Assembly (NCBI GenBank): GCA_002298335.1
Contig: DBNK01000033.1
Location: 7,828 to 71,827 of the forward strand
Length of the DNA: 64,000 nt
Source: Thalassolituus sp. UBA674
GTDB lineage: Bacteria > Pseudomonadota > Gammaproteobacteria > Pseudomonadales > Oceanobacteraceae
Reading direction: 5' to 3'
The position numbers were made by a program, and so were the translations under genes. The notes beneath the pieces are model-generated. The model did no database searches. It was not told the origin of the DNA and saw only the letters and a program-made list of their open reading frames with translations. Below are positions 62,052-64,000 of the stretch, one piece after another. Numbering within the stretch: position 1 is the stretch's first letter; every line of letters begins with the position of its first letter.

Positions 62052-63092
62052 TTACAGCTTGCCGTCAGCGGCCATCTGCATGTAGGTCGGGTCGAAGCGC
62101 AGCAGGATGTTAGATGCGTTACCGTAGACACCAGCCGGAGTCTCAATACCGATGAAACCGGCATCAGGCGCGCCTTCACCCAGCAGACCGTGCTCGAAGG
62201 AGAATTCGGCAACGTTCTTCATGGTGGTTTTCAGATCCGCGCTGTTGGTCAGTTCCAGTGCAGCGGCCGGGGTGTAGAACATTTCGGTGCTGGCCAGCTG
62301 AGCGTCATAACCGGCAAGGTCAGTACCGGAAGCCTGAGCCATGTAAGTGCGCGCAGCTTCAGCGTCTTTGCTGGTGCCGCTCATCAGACCCATGATTTCG
62401 TACCACGCACCGGTCAGGGCTTTCCCCAGCGCCGGGTTTTCAGCCAGAACGTCGGTGTTAATCACCAGCAGGTCGATGATTTCGCCAGGGATCTGGGAAG
62501 AGTCGAAGACTTTGGTGGATTCCGGCATGGTCAGAATTTCGCTCAGCAGCGGATTCCAGGTCACTACTGAGGTGACATCATCGGTACCGTATACGGCGAC
62601 CATGTCGGCATCAGAGGTGTTGACCACGGTCACGTCTTTTTCTGACATGCCGACGGTTTCCAGACCACGGGCCAGCAGGTAGTGAGAGACGCTCAGCTCA
62701 ACCAGATTGACGTTCTGCCCTTTGATGTCGGCCAGTGAATCCGCACCTTTCAGTACGACGCCATCGTTACCGTTGGAGAAGTCACCCACAATCAGTGCGG
62801 TGCTGTCGACGCCACCGGCGGCTGGAATGGTCAGGGCATCCATGTTGGTCATGGTGCAGGCATCAAACTGGCCAGCGGTGTACTGGTTGATGGATTCAAC
62901 GTAATCGTTGATCTGCACCACATCGATGTCGATGTCGTACTTGTCTGCCCACTTTTTGATAATGCCTTCTTCGGCACCATAGGCCCACGGCATCCAGCCC
63001 ACGTAAATAGACCAGCAGATGCTGAAGGAATCTTTCGCCATCGCATTGGCAGAAAGGAAAAGGGACAAAGACAGAACGAGAAGTTTCTTCAT
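62052..63092 (-). CDS. Periplasmic substrate-binding protein of the urea carboxylase-associated ABC transporter (likely guanidine-binding)
   Basis: Signal peptide MKKLLVLSLSLFLSANAMA, 346 aa. It is the first gene after the ykkC riboswitch. Confidence 0.85.
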   Translation of the reverse strand: MKKLLVLSLSLFLSANAMAKDSFSICWSIYVGWMPWAYGAEEGIIKKWADKYDIDIDVVQINDYVESINQYTAGQFDACTMTNMDALTIPAAGGVDSTALIVGDFSNGNDGVVLKGADSLADIKGQNVNLVELSVSHYLLARGLETVGMSEKDVTVVNTSDADMVAVYGTDDVTSVVTWNPLLSEILTMPESTKVFDSSQIPGEIIDLLVINTDVLAENPALGKALTGAWYEIMGLMSGTSKDAEAARTYMAQASGTDLAGYDAQLASTEMFYTPAAALELTNSADLKTTMKNVAEFSFEHGLLGEGAPDAGFIGIETPAGVYGNASNILLRFDPTYMQMAADGKL

Positions 63093-63149
63093 GGGGTACC
63101 TTCCAAATTTTAATTACACACGAGCACTCTCGGCTTAACGCCAATTATG

Positions 63150-63259
63150 TCTCCCGGGCTTTTGTCCCGCCGTGTAACCTCAGAAGCTGAAAAAATCAGC
63201 CTGGAAGGTCGAGTGCTCTCGGACCAGTCACTGACATCGGTCAGCCGGAACCCTAGCGC
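63150..63259 (-). promoter_or_regulatory. Guanidine-I riboswitch (ykkC-yxkD motif)
   Basis: The minus-strand RNA reads GCGCUAGGGUUCCGGCUGACC...GGUCCGAGAGCACUCG...GUUACACGGCGGGACAAAAGCCCGGGAGA. All hallmark conserved blocks of ykkC are present in order. Confidence 0.9.
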
Positions 63260-63466
63260 TCTATTTTCAGATTGTGTGCCGTCTTACCAAGAGTACGGTC
63301 AGATCAGCTGTTGCATAAGCTATGCCATGGCGAATATACCCCCTTTTACCGTAAAATCCAGCACTTTCTGTACAAAAAAGAAGCACCGATATTACGCACC
63401 GCGTATTTATGGTGCACAAAGTCGTATTTCATTCACTCATTCAGTGCAACCGGAACCAGCTCTCAG

Positions 63467-64000
63467 ATGACCCTCAACAACACTCCGGACAACGCACAGG
63501 AGGCACCAGAATCACTGGACGTGCTGTGGCGCGATGAGCATCTGATTGCGGTGCACAAACCCGCCGGTCTGCTGGTGCATAAGAGCCCGATTGACCAGCA
63601 TGAAACCCGCTACGCCATGCGCATTCTGCGCGATCAGATTGGCCAGTGGGTGTATCCGGTGCATCGCCTCGACAAGCCGACATCAGGCCTGCTGCTGTTT
63701 GCCCTGAGCAGTGATATTGCGCGGCTGGTGTCTGATCAGTTTGAGAACCGGGGTGTAAAGAAGACCTATCAGGCCATCGTACGGGGTTATACCCCTGAGT
63801 CAGCTGAGATTGATCATGACCTGAAAGAGATCGCGGCCTTCAAGAGTGAAAAGAAGACGGTTGAGAAAATGGAGCCTAAGCCAGCACGGACGGATTATCA
63901 GCGCCTGGCAACCTATGAGCTGCCGTTTTCAGACGGACGTTTCCCCACCAGCCGCTACAGTTATCTGGAGCTTTACCCCCACACCGGGCGCAAACATCAG
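63467..64000 (+). CDS. truC: tRNA pseudouridine synthase (RluA family, TruC-like), N-terminal part; 3' end lies outside the window
   Basis: MTLNNTPDNAQEAPESLDVLWRDEHLIAVHKPAGLLVH...VHRLDKPTSGLLLFAL... (catalytic Asp motif HRLD). The frame is open to the window end. Confidence 0.85.
   Translation, partial: MTLNNTPDNAQEAPESLDVLWRDEHLIAVHKPAGLLVHKSPIDQHETRYAMRILRDQIGQWVYPVHRLDKPTSGLLLFALSSDIARLVSDQFENRGVKKTYQAIVRGYTPESAEIDHDLKEIAAFKSEKKTVEKMEPKPARTDYQRLATYELPFSDGRFPTSRYSYLELYPHTGRKHQ

Overview
This is a chromosomal window from a gammaproteobacterium. Gene order resembles Pseudomonas/Oceanospirillales, but no taxon can be assigned from sequence alone. Most of it is dense, conserved housekeeping: recX-recA with an SOS box, mutS, fdxA, hisDG-murA-ibaG, mlaFEDB, yrbG-kdsD-lptCAB-rpoN-hpf-ptsN-rapZ-npr, mgtE, yjgA, yhdP-rng-maf-mreDCB and gatCAB. 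Five regions are not routine. (1) At 6.9-11.2 kb a minus-strand operon encodes YHS protein, thioredoxin, a DUF2282 Cys-rich precursor, DUF692 (MNIO), DUF2063 and DoxX. This is a bufferin-type RiPP metallophore cluster with extra redox and metal genes and a divergent AraC regulator. (2) At 15.0-16.2 kb lie two tandem paralogous six-Cys secreted proteins of unknown family. (3) At 45.2-52.3 kb, directly after gatB, is a compositionally mosaic accessory stretch. It holds an AT-rich lone KAP P-loop NTPase gene, a ~0.9-kb non-coding imperfect palindrome plus tandem repeat array, and a GxSxG lipoprotein. It also holds a lower-GC two-gene operon (unknown 297-aa protein plus an Asp/Asn beta-hydroxylase-like fusion) divergent from idi. 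(4) At 53.2-63.3 kb a 'urea carboxylase' cluster appears to be a guanidine uptake and catabolism locus. It has a clear guanidine-I (ykkC) riboswitch at its 5' end and a mini-ykkC-like (guanidine-II) tandem ACGA hairpin element directly before the carboxylase gene. (5) mreC has no canonical start codon upstream of its conserved N-terminal membrane anchor. No rRNA, tRNA, CRISPR array, transposase or integrase was seen. All calls rest on reading the ORF translations and the DNA by eye; no searches were run.
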